Assembly: GCA_964035545.1 (NCBI GenBank)
Contig: OZ037766.1
Location: forward strand, 6,438,722-6,502,721
Origin: Bugula neritina
Lineage: Eukaryota > Animalia > Bryozoa
Length of the DNA stretch: 64,000 nt
Reading direction: 5' to 3'
The translations under genes and the position numbers were made by a program. Below are positions 29,701 to 43,100 of this stretch, in pieces. Position 1 is the stretch's first letter, and every line of letters begins with the position of its first letter. The notes below the pieces were generated by a model. That model was not told where the DNA came from. It did not search any database and worked only from the letters and a program-made list of their open reading frames with translations.

Positions 29701-32700
29701 TCAAACTATTTCTCACTTGCCATTACGTCTTACAGCTTTGAAATAGCTTGTATAATTTTACAGTCACATTTTACTTGACATAATGTATGGTGTAATATTT
29801 TCTATTTCTAGTCGGAACATATATGAGGATAGTTGGTAGCCATGACTGTTTCTATATTGACCCCCTCACTGGATATATTCACGTTAAGGCATACTTGAAG
29901 AGCTCAGCCTGCTCCGCCAACAGCTACACGTTTTATGTGATAGCTGAGGATTTAAGTAGGCCACCCCGGCAGTCCAATCAGGCTCAAGTTACTATGGAGA
30001 TCAGACGATACAGCAATATCATATCTACTGGTTACCCCAACAACGTCACTATTGGTAAACAATGTCTCTTTATGTTTATTTCCGTAGGAAATGTTTTAAA
30101 CGTGCTCTTTTATAAATTTTCTATATTTTTAAACTTCTCTTTTTATTAATTGTAGTTTTTTTAAACTTAGAATAATTCAAAAGCCATATTGTCACTTATA
30201 GGACAACTCCTAATTTCGTTCATGCATTATCCATTGTAAGCTCACTAGTTCTATGGTTCCATTTTAAATGCTTATGAGTGCTTCCTGTCACAACTACTTG
30301 CAGTTGTTTATGATTTTAGTGCACATAAAGTATATAACATGAGGTGTTTAGAAATACAATTTTATTGTTATGCACCATCTATGGTGGTTTTAATTTTTAT
30401 ACACCCTCTGACATATTTTGTTGATTTTAAATGTAGACTGTGACTATGAGGGAAGCATATTAACACTAACAACGAGCTCAGTGAGCACCACTACCTACGA
30501 GATACTGGGTGTTGGCTCAGCTGCTCAGCACTTCACCATAGTAAACAACCAAGTGAGGACAACTTCTAGTTTGAAGAATAACTGCAACTCTGATTATCAA
30601 CTGTACATCAGAGCTGTAGACCAATTAGGTAAAGGAAAATAACTCAGTCTAAAATAAATTTAGAGGAGTTCATTTTTCGTAAGAAATTTAATCAAGCATT
30701 TTATACTTGTTTGCTATTTTTAGATGACAAATTATATTCTTTGCTTTTCACTCAAGTTTTATTTTAGCATTCTTGTTGTTACTACTGATTAATCATATTT
30801 TTAGTTTTGAAATTTTTACTCACTGTGGTCTGCCTGTTTGTCAGTTTCTTGGTTGATTTGTGTCATAATCTTGTTTTGTAATCTATTGACATGTCAAGTT
30901 GGTATTTTTTAAACTATAATATAATAACCATAGTCATTGAGTTGGGCAACAAAAACTCAAACATAAAGCTGACTGAAACCTTCTTAGCATTTTATTGAAT
31001 GTTGATGCCATGTGTTGCCTATTAGCGTAAGTCATGGAAGTCAGCTGTGCTTATCGCTAAAGAATATGCAACTGATTTAGGTGGATACGGTGAGATATGG
31101 CTGTATGTGTTCATCAACAGAGTTGCCCCGCCCCCTCCTAAACCTAGCACATTCAGTATCACAGTCTACGAAGATCAGCCTCTCTACCTCGCCATCTTCC
31201 AGTTTACTGATGCTGCATCCGGAGTTGTCTACACTGTTACCGGCAGTGCGGGCTCTGACTCATTCTTTGGTGTGATAGACAACTCCTTGGTGGTTGTCAG
31301 ATCTCTTGTATATAGAAACACTGGACAGAACCTGTAAGTGAAACAACAGATAGGTGTATGATGTATCTATTTTTAATTTTATAGCAACTAAATAGAACAT
31401 TCTAAGTTGAAATTTATGCCGTTTTATTTTTATTTAGTATAAATGTTTGTGCATCAAGCCTATCATTTCTGTGAACTTGATTAAAGTAATGGGAACATTA
31501 ACTATATGCAGCTGCAGTAAATTATAAATTATATGTAACTGTAATAAATGCAGTAAAAGTAGCATATGTCATGAATGGTGTGTTAGAAATTTCCTTGCAG
31601 GTTACACCTTCAGTTAGGCATCCACTTAAGTTTCCTGTTGCAGATTTACTATCGTTGTGAGAGCGTGTTATCAACATCCAACATCACTTTGCTCAGAGCC
31701 TATTGAAGGAACTGTCAGGATACTAGTTAACAGCTGCCCAACCTATTCCGGATCTACACAAGCCACTATCCTACCAAACATTGGGTCGGGCGGGAAACTG
31801 TTCTCTCTCATAGTCCAAGATCCTGATCAGCGAGATGCCGGCAAATCAAGTTTCCAAATCATAGGAGATGCTGCTTCTGTGAATGATTTCACAATTGATG
31901 ACGAGGGAAATGTTAGAGCTAAGGCTACTTATAAAGATAGTAGCGTGTCACGCTACAACACACAAATTATTGTAAGAGATAACGCAGGTTACAGTCCATG
32001 TTTCTTGCCAGTCAGTCTAACTCTAACTGTGGAGAGAAACTTGTACCAGCCGCAGTTTTCCAACTCTTCTAGTGAACTTACAGTCCTGGAAACTCTAGCA
32101 TTCTACAGAACGATTGTCACTCTAAGAGTAAGTGAACCACACGTCTGCATTTTATTACATTAATTCTTTTACTAGTTTCAAACAGTTGTAAGTTGTTACG
32201 CTATTCAGTTGAAAATATTTTTTCTTTTTACGTTAATATTGTGGATGATTACACGCTGTTTGTTTGTATAAATCAAAAAGAAGGGTTTGCTTGTATAAAT
32301 AAAAAAGAGGAGTTTGCTTGTATAAATCACAAAGAGGGGTTTGCTTGTATAAATCACAAAGAGGGGTTTGCTTGTATAAAACACAAAGAGGGGTTTGCTT
32401 GTATAAAACACAAAGAGAATGTGTTTCAGGCTATTGACAGGGATTTGTCTGCTCCCCACAACACTGTCAGATATTCACTGCTGAACAACTTTGACCAGTT
32501 TCTGCTAAACTCGGTTACGGGAGAGTTGGAACTCCGTAGAAGTTTAATTGGAAGTGGAATAGACAGGTCGGTGTAAACTAGATACGTGAGATATCTGTAA
32601 ATAGCAAATTTATAACTTGATAACTATGTCCAGTATGGCCATTATGTTATTCTATATCTCTTCTATATCTATTCTATATCTCTTCTATATTTCTTCTATA

Positions 32701-35700
32701 TCTATTCTATATTTATTCTATTTATTTCCTATGTCTTTTCTATATCTCTTTTATATCTTTTCTATATCTATTTTATATATATTCTATACCTGTTATATCT
32801 ATTCTATATCTCTTAAATATATCTCTTCTATATGTATTCTATTTTCTTCTATATCTTTTCTATATCTTTTATATCTATTCTATATCTCTTTTATATCTCG
32901 TTTATATGTTGAATGAACTAGAAATAATTTATATCAGATGTACAGCTGGTTGCAGGTAAATTTCAGGTGTCTCTTTTACTGTCTGCAGATACGTCATTAA
33001 AGTGAATGCGTATGATCTGGGGTTGCCGCAGAGAAACTCGTCCGAGTACGTCGTTGTTCTTCACGTGTCGAGAAACAAGTTCGCTCCAACGTTTCCAAGT
33101 TCACCTTACACCTTTCAGGTGAATCGCACCGCAACTGTTGGCAGTAACATAGGTCAGGTAAATGTGCAAGATGTTGATACAGTCTACCCGTTCAACACTT
33201 GGAGATTGAGTGTGACTGGAGACGGAAGTGCTACGACACTCTTTGGTCTCAGGAGGAATGGAGAGATTTACGTCAGAACTGACTTGAGAAATGTCGTTGG
33301 TGATGAATTTTTGTAAGTCACAAAGTTATTTGTGTTTACTAAAGTTTAGTTTTCTAATGAATGCTATCAATACAATTTATTTTGTTGTTTTTGTTTATAA
33401 CTATTTATGTGTGGTACAGCTTGAGAGTGCATGTCATGGATTTTGGACAACCTAGCAAGACAAATGAAACTTTGGTGAGACTGGTGCTGTTGAGTCACAC
33501 AACTTCCTGTACAGGTCTTGACTCATTTGAAGGGATATTACTCGAGACACAATCTATTGGTAAAAGTTATCCAAGTTTTATATTTTTGTATTATTTTTTC
33601 ATTTGTTTATTAATTCTAACTAGGGCAGCATTTTTAATTACACTAAAATATGTTGTTAGTTAATGCAAGCCAAATTTTACAACTCTCATATATAATATGA
33701 TTTTACAAGCTACATATACATAGACATTAAGTGTTGGTGTTTTAATCATTTATTAATAAGAAGAAATACAAACATTTATATGTAAATTTACCTTGTTTGA
33801 TTCATTCTTTTTTTACAATAATTTGATTTGCATATTAAACTTGTAGTTTTAAGGCTTGACTTAATCTTATTAAAACATTCAAGTTTATATTATTATTATT
33901 GTAGGTGTACCATTTCTTTTCCTGAACAGTTCCAATCCTAGTCAAGTTCGTTATAGTATCGTGCCAAAAACTTTCTTTCCTTCTCATGTAAACTATGTCT
34001 ACGTCACACCAACAGGGGGAGTAGTACTCAGCCGCCCCTTGTGGGGTACTACGTTTACTTCTCTGCAATTTGTTGTCAGTGTTAGCTCTGGTTCTACAGC
34101 TTGTACTACAGATGTTACTATGGCTATAAGACGCAATACCTACCCACCCGTTGTTATTCCGGGACAGAAAAATATTAGTATGTATGACATTCTGGTCTGT
34201 TATTATCATGTCATTTGTGAAATTGTAGATTTATATAATTTTTGGTTAAGTTTTGCGTTTAAAAAATAATATTGTGAAAAATATTTAATACTATCTGCAT
34301 CCCAAATTCTAAAACGTGGTCACTACAGTTCAAGGTGTCAACATCAGTGACTGAATGTTGAAATTATGATTGGTTTAGCTTTAATAAGATGTCTATAACA
34401 TGGTGTCTGTAGTTAAACATCAAGAAAATGGATTTACTATACAGTGCATTGTTTGATGTATAAAACTAGTAATATTTTTTCCATCAACATGGTTTTGCTT
34501 GGTAGCTATTTGTGCATCCAAAAGGAGTCGAGTTTTTATTGTATTTACACTTTTATTAGTCACCATCAATGAAGATACTCGGAACTGCGTGTGGACAGTG
34601 GTGGCATCTGATGGTGACATTGTACCAGAGTTTGGTTTTTCATCTCTTCGGTATTACCTCATTGGTGACTCAGTCTCAGCCAGGTGAGTATTTCTCACAG
34701 AAGTAGAATCCAAAATGTCTAAGATTTTCTGCCTGTGTGACTAATTTTATTTACTTCTCATCAAACCTTTTTAAATATTGCAGGTACTTTGACGTAGATG
34801 AGTCAAGAGGCGCAGTGTGCATCAAAGACAATCGATTTCTAAACAATTCCATAGAACGCTATATTTTACAAGTGAGGGTGGAAGATGGTGGCATCCCTAG
34901 TAAGGTCAGTTCAAGGGATTAGAAAACAGCTCTAAATTTAGCATAATTTGTGTTTGCTTTTGTTTTGTTTTAGTTCTTTAAGTGAAAAGAAAAAATACAT
35001 ATAACTGATACAGAAAATCTTTGTGAAATAGCACTGGGGATATCGATGCAGGCTTATAAATATATTTAGACTGAGGAATTTACCACTAATCATTATATTG
35101 ATGCGAAAGGGAGCAGCCGTGGTCTAGGGGTTAGAGCATTTGCCTAGTAAGCACGAAATTATGAGTTCGAACCCTGACAAAGGCTATTGGTGATGTTAAG
35201 AAGAGCATCCAGGCATAATTGCTCCTGTGCCTCATCTTAATAAGTCCTTAGCCCGATTTATAAAAAAAAACCCTTCCATCAGGGGTTTCTCACAGGGATA
35301 GTCACTATAAACTTGTGTGAGTTTTTTATTATATTGATGCGAAGTTGATAATATTTGGCAAAATTTCATTTGCAAAAACATTCATTTGGCATTTTCATAG
35401 TTTATTGTTATTTGCTTGAGTCTTTGTAATATAGACACTAAAAATTTCAATTCCACTTAATTCAATAGATATGGTTTCTGGTGTAGGAAATAGTATATAA
35501 CATGTTACTGTAATATCTTAATAACAATACAGGTTGGAGTTGGTGAAGTGGTGATAATAGTCAAGAAGAACAATTATCCTCCCTCCTTCCAGCAGAGTAA
35601 CTATGTGGTTAACATCTCCGACACCCACCCAGCTGGTACTCAGGTCATACAAGTTGAAGCATTAGACGATGATATTAGCCCTCCTTACAACTCCATAAGG

Positions 35701-37075
35701 TGATTCATATATATTAGCCCTGACTGAAGGTTTTATTGAGTTGGTAAAATGAAGAGTGAGTTTTGACCATCTTATATCTTACGTATGAAAATATTAGTAA
35801 AGTGTTTTGAAAATAAATTGATTTAGGTTATAATTAATATATTATGTGCATGTGCGTGTGTGCGTACATGCGGTGCGTGTGTGTGTGTGTGAGTTTGTGC
35901 ACGTGCGTGCATGCATCTATGTGTGCGTCTATGTGTATATAGAATGAGTATTGAGCGTATATATTTAATAAACTGCATGCTTCACGTTTTCCAGGTACTA
36001 CCTGGAGAGTGGTGGAGTGGCTGCAGAGACGTTCTATGTAGATGACAGAGATGGCCGTGTCATACTGAGAAGAAGAGTACAAGCTGGAGAAACATATCGC
36101 CTCGTGATCAGAGCTCAAGATGGCGGGGAGGTGCAGCTCAATGATACAACATACGTCACTGTGAATGTGATAGCAAGTCAGGGTGATCTTGTCTTTGGTA
36201 AGATTTTATTCTCAATAATTACTTCAGGAAACTCTCTAATCTTAAATGTAAATCCCACAAAAGTAGCCCAATTGTTTATATGCTAATTCTTGAATTTGTA
36301 TGCATATTTTTAACTATGTTAAGCACAAAATAATAATCTGAAAGTTTTCTAATAAGAAATAAACGAAGCAACCAAATATGTGGGTTGCCAAATATGTAAA
36401 CTTTCTAATGCTTAATACAATGTGAAGTTTTGCTCAAAAAATGACCAGCTGTTTTACCAGCCGTGCCATAGAAGACTACCACTTAGATAAATTAAATGCT
36501 TCTGTTTATTCTTTGAAGTTTATTAGAATTTTTTAGAAAAACGTTCTATCATACCATCAGAATTCAGCCAATGTTGACACTAAAATTTTATTCAAATTAA
36601 ATGCAGTTTCGAGTTACTAAATAAGTTATATGTAAAAAATTACTAATAATCTACCCATTAGGTGTGAAAGCCTATTGGTTGGTTGAGCTCTTTACTGATA
36701 AAATTAGTGTAAATACTAAAGTATAGTGTACTGGGTTTTACTTCTTGTTGCAGGTACATATATTGTCAGGGTAGATGAAGACATTGCTGTAAATGAAGTG
36801 ATTGCCACTGTGTCAGCGTATCCTGGCTCTAACATCAAATATGACAAGATTGAAGGCAGCGGCACTGGCTGGACCTACTTTGTTGTGAGTATCACATTTT
36901 AATAACTATTTTATTTTGTCAGAAATAAGTTCTTCAACTCAGGATAATAGCATTACAGCACTATTTGACACATAATCACTTCTACTGCTTAGGATTAGTG
37001 CTTACTTTATGAATTTATATATATGTATACACACCACACACGTGCACGCACACACGCACACACGCACACACGCAC

Positions 37076-37114
<39 letters not shown>

Positions 37115-40100
37115 ATTAGAATAAGTTTTTCATACAGTTGATGGAAAAGTTCTCAAATTATTATAAAATTAATAATAAGCATCTATATAATCAATAAATA
37201 AAGCAACTTGTAAATGTATATATTTAGTTTAATCTGAGTTTTAATTTGTGTATCTTATCAACAATTGATTGCCTGTTGCAGATAAACTCTGTGACTGGAG
37301 CTGTTTCCGTAAGTCGTCTGCTCTCGGGAGATACAGAACAGCCTTCTCAGTATATTATGGATATGAAAGCTACTCGTCAGAATGATGGCGCCATTGCATA
37401 CGGGAGAATCGTTCTAACAGTAATAAGAAATACCAGTCCTCCGAGATTCATCAACACTCCATATTCTGCTAATATTACATCTGAGACCCCAATATGTATG
37501 TTACCTAGCAAAGTCATCTCTATTTATCCAGAGTTCATGCTATTTATTTTATGGTGTAAATAAGACGTTTTTAATTTTTTTATAAATATTCTTCACAAAG
37601 CTCCATGGACAGTTGAGTTTTTCAATGTTTAGTTTTATTGCTTTACAAATTTTTAAGAGTTATCTTTCTTTTTGTGTTTTAAGTTTGGCCTCCTCTACAA
37701 TTAATTTATGTATGTGTGTGTGTAAGATAATGTATTTTATAGCCCAATCCAACATTTACTGTGCAGGTGCATGTGTATTTAGTACAGTTTTTAAAAAAGT
37801 ATTTACGTTATTTTATGGTATGTACTATGAATATGCATGCATTTGTATGTAAGATAATTCATTTTGTAGCCCAATTTAACATCCACAGTTCAGGTGCATG
37901 TTTATTTGCAAAAAAGTGTATTTACACTATTTTATGGTATGTGCTATGATTATGTATTTTTTATTTTGCTAACCACACAACTATCAAACTGTGACTCCAT
38001 TGTTACTATAGATGAGATAGCATACACAAGTGTAAAGGCGGTAGATGAGGATAACGATGCTTTAGTATATTCTCTCACTTCTGAATATTTCTCCATCCAC
38101 CCTTCTACTGGTGTGATCTACGTAGCCAAATCCTTGCTCGACTCCCCCACAGGTCAGAATAAATACTATATTGTAGCTCTTATTCAGTATAAGTATTAAA
38201 TAGTATAAATACTGGAACCGTTATGCAATATAATGAACATATTTAAGCAAGTTTTAAGGAGATGCCGTGATCTAGGGGTTAGAGCATTAGCTTAGTAAAC
38301 ACGAGGTAATGGGTTTGATTCCTAGTGAAGGCCATTTTTCATGTTAGGAAGAGCATCCAGTCATAGATTCTCATTTGCCAACATTTGAATAAGTTCTTAG
38401 CCCGCTTTAAAAACATTTTTTTTGCAGGGGTTGGTAACTATAAGCCCATGTGATAGTTTTTCATTTAAGAAAATTTTGGTTATTTTTTAAAATTGCACAA
38501 ATTGTAATTCAGAAACTATAAGTTCATCATTGATTGTTACCAATGTTATTTGTAGCATCTGTTATCTAATTTTGTTGGTATGCTTGTGGGGTTATAGCAC
38601 ACAATATAAGATAGCATTACATCACCTTGTAAGACTGTTATTATTGTTTAGATTGTACAACATCCGAAGTAAAGGTCTCTGATGGGAAGTATAGTGATAC
38701 AGAGCAGCTTGTTATTTGTCTAACTGGCGATAACTTGAGGCCATACTTTGTGAACGAGCCTTATGTCAAAGAAGGGTTACCCAGTACCGTTCCCAACAAC
38801 AGCTTAGTTCTGGTAGTCGAGGCTAGAGATGATGACAGGCAAGGCACTATAGTGTATACGGTAAGTTATAACTTATGCTTGACTACTGTCTATAGTTTAA
38901 TTCTGATTCTGAACAGAAAAGAAATAATAAACACAAATTTTGGTATAAACTGCCTTGGTTTTACATTTATAATAACACAGTAATTGATAAAAAGGAATAT
39001 TACAAGTGTTAATTTGATATATTTGTACATGAAGTGTTCACAGATTCATTGTAGGCTATACATGCACATGACTTTGACTGTTTTAGATGGAAGGCTCCAG
39101 TTACGCTGCTCGGTTCTTCTACATTGATGTGGCAGGGAGACTGAAGGTCAAGGACTCTGCTGGATTGTCTGCTGATGCCACAGATCTCTACAGTGTACAG
39201 ATCAGTGCTCATGACTCAGCTTTTCCTCAAATGAAGGCCTTCACCTTTGTGACTATCCGCGTGGACAGGAACCCCAACGCACCTCGCTGGACGGCCAACA
39301 GCTACACGTTCAACATAACTGACAGGTTCGCAAGCATCATTTTATAAAGATATCAGATATATGCTTTACATGCTGATATTAGCTCACAATGACTGTCGTA
39401 ATGTTACTTTTTCGGGTTACCAATGTAGTTATTGTTTGGCTTAGATTTTATATAGTGCTGTTATTTATTTCTTAATTCATTAGCTAATGTTTTTACTCTA
39501 GTTTTTGATTTATTTGTTAAATAATCTTTTCGGTGCTGTTTTCACTTCAAGTACTGTACTCTTGATGAAACTCAATCACCCCTCATTTTTCTTTATATGA
39601 GTCACCCATCAGCTGACCTATGTGTACAAATCAGTTTTGTTGCCATGGTGATATAAACATCAACTGTTATTCGCTAGATATTACACGGGTCAAGAAATAG
39701 GTCAAGTGGGGGCCGCAGACGCTGATGGTGATGTCATCACGTACACCATTTCATCAGAAGGTTCTGGAAGATACTTTGTTGATAACTCGGGAGTTGTCTA
39801 TCTAATCCAGTCTCTCAGTGCCACTACCGACATTAGAAATGAATTTATTGTGACAGCTACTGACAATGGAACCCCTTCAAGATCCACCAATATAACAGTA
39901 CGTTTATTAATACATATTATACTCTATAGAGAGCACCTTGCTTTGAATTTTGAATGTACTGTAAAAATTTCATAGCTGGTTGTTAGTTGGGCTACATAAT
40001 TAAAGACTCACAAACCATAAATGCATATATATTAATTTTAACTTTAATAATTTAATTAATACAAGTTTGATTATTCTCAAATGTTTTATAATTTAACATA

Positions 40101-43100
40101 TTTACTCGCATGTGTAAAAATGGTACCCAGCAAGGCTTCATTCTTTACCAAAACTAATTACTATTTTAGATTGTGGTGAACATTCTAAGAGATCAGGGGG
40201 CACCTGTATTCCAGAACCTTCCTTACTATAAGCCAATAGTTCACAGCTACCCTGTGAACTCACTAGTGCAGGTTGTTAGAGCTGTGGATGCAGACCTCAA
40301 AGGAGAACTCGTTTATGAGATCACTGGGGATGTTCCTTCTACCAGTTTCTTCACATTGACCAATGAGAAATCAGGAAGGATAATTCTTAAAAATGACCTC
40401 AAAATGGACACCTTCAGCACTACAAGGTAGCAAAGCCACGCTTATTTATTTTATTTAACCTCTTTCAATTAATTATATAAACAATAAAAATTCTTGACTC
40501 ACAATATATGTACAGTACTTTTTACTGAATAGTGTATTATTGCATAACCATGTCTTTACATAAGGGTTCATGCTCATCCTAAACCAAGATTAGTGCCGGC
40601 ATGCGTGGGACTTTTTCAAACAGTTCCGTTCTCATTTCTAGTGCACATACTCCAAAATAATTAGTCACTTAGCAATCATTTAGATTTTAGATCAACACAT
40701 CAACATTAAAAACTGTTGAGAATTTCTGACAAAGTTTGCTATATTGTAACAGGTACATAATAAGAGTAGTAGCGTATGACACTGCCTACCCCAACAATAG
40801 GGCTACGGCAACTGTTACTGTAGACGTCAACAGAAACCCCAACCCTCCTATTGGACCAACCAGCTATGTCTTCAATGTGTCTGTTGGAGATCCTATCGGC
40901 ACAACAGTATGTTCTGTCATATCTATGTTTAGCTGTTTATTTGTGTTTTTGAACAACTTTTGAAAAATAAAATTAAATTGGTGAAATTTTATTTACAAAA
41001 TGAGGTGCACACGCACAGGCGTGTTGCAATAAATAGGATTTTACACTTTCGTTGTGCTGTATTCAGTTGTTAGGAAGACATTCTAGCACTTTGTTTATAA
41101 GCTACTACATAGTCAACACAGTGCGTTTATGACTGCTGTCTTTAGGTGGTAGACATGGAAGCATCGGACGCTGACAATGATTCTTTATCCTACTCTATGG
41201 TTTCCACGACAGCGGGCAATGCTGCCACATACTTCTACGTCTACGAGAACACAGGTAGAATTGTTCTCATCAAACCCTTACCTGCAGACTACGATCAAGA
41301 CTTTGATTTTCAAGTTAGAGTTGCAGACAACAGTATTCCATCCAAGTCTTTTCTCGCTTCTGTTAAAGGTGAGAAGATTGGCTAGTTTTGGTTTTGTTTA
41401 ATATGATTATTTCTCATAGTTTTTACATTTAAAGTTTTTTAAATATGTATTACTGTAAATAAAAATTTTAGAATAATTAATAAATCAATAAATTTGGCTC
41501 ATCTTTCCTTGAACACTAGAATAAATATTTATTAATGTACTTGAAAATGTTAGAATAATCAGTGTCATATTTCAAAATAAACTTTTCTCAAATTTTCTTA
41601 AACATCAAAATTACAACACTTATTGCTTATATTAATAAGTTCTATTTCTATTTATATAAGAAGTTAAACAACTGAAAGTACAAAGTAATCCAATCATCTT
41701 GGATAATATTTGTTATAGGTTTTGTTCGGAGATGTCAAATAACGCTGACTCAGTCAGCATTTGTTGACAGCGTCAATGACTTTGATCCTGTTGGCACTTC
41801 CATTCTCACTGTCCAATCACACGGCAGCAACAACCTCTCTTACTCAATACCCGACACTGGGGTAGTCTCCAACTTCTTTGAAATTACTAACTCCGGTGAA
41901 ATTAGAGTCAAGTCTGACTTGAAGTCAGGCACAGTATTAAGTTACACGTTTGATGTGGCTGTAGCAACACCACAGTGCTCTGTAACTGTTTCCGTTACTA
42001 TCAGAGTGAATAGGAATACGTTACCACCAGTTATCAATATTGAGGGTGAAATGGGTAAGATTTGGCTTTTATTTTGTATTTGAATGAACTAGAAAATTAT
42101 GTATATTCTCATGCAAATTTAGTAACTCTCATGTGTTGTTAACTCAGTTCAACTTATTACCAGCTCTATTGTGTTATTTAACTTGAGAAATATTCATAAG
42201 GTATATAAAGAACTTTCTTATATTTTTGCAAAGGACCTAATTGTGTAAAAAATTAATACCATTGTTTAAATTCTGAAAAAAAATTTTAAAACCTTGTAGT
42301 ACTCTTTCTCGTGTTATGTTTTTATACTCTTTTTTTCACATGAATATCTAAAAGTCATCTGTTTGTATACTATTTCAGGAACAAATTCATTGGTGACAAC
42401 AGTTAATGAAAGCATAGCACTATACACCGTTCTCTTCAAGTTCAACGCCGAGGACGGAGATGGTGATGACGTGACCTTCACCCTTGCACCCGATGACAGC
42501 AGCAATGCTCTCACTTACTTTGCTGTATCTCAAGTTGACAATGAGGGTAGCATCTGGGTGCGACAGGACCTGAGGCTAGATCGACCTCAAGTTCTGTATT
42601 TAATGAGACTATTGGCCAGTGATGGTAGCAATACTGTGTCTGTGCCAGTTTCAGGTACATCTTATTCTGATACTATCTCTACCTTATTACTTATCTACAT
42701 CATCGTGACTCTTTTGCTTAGCACTTATTCAACATATATTGCTTATTTGTCTGCTTGTTACTCTGACACACTCTTCATATCTTCTTACTCATTGCACAAT
42801 AATGATTCTATAAAATATCATGTGTTGCTTGTTGAATGATTAAATTAACTGAATAACTGAATAAATTTGGAGAAATGCGGAATACAGCTGGAGTTATTGT
42901 AAGGTGACTGCTCAAGCCTAAACTAAAATTGCTTAGTTGTTGACTTGTATTTCATTAATTTGTTAAACATTCTGTTAGCTTTGATTAAAGCAATATTTTA
43001 AGCTTTAACCTTTCAGTGTCAAATGCCATGCTGCTGATATTGAAACACTATTATTTTTTAATAGCTTTCTTTGCTACTTACCCTTCATGACTGCACTTTC

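Noticed and set aside
32262-32418. CRISPR-like array or coding INHKEGFAC repeat
   Set aside because: Head-to-tail minisatellite without spacers in a eukaryotic intron; exon 31644-32127 joins the acceptor at 32429/32430 directly
32617-32916. Hydrophobic 99-aa ORF as a transmembrane segment
   Set aside because: It is a translation of the TCTATATC low-complexity tract; the flanking exons (ending ~32566, starting 32989) join in phase without it
35108-35185. SINE head as a functional or suppressor tRNA
   Set aside because: No proper acceptor or anticodon stem; it continues into a repeat body and is bounded by a TSD
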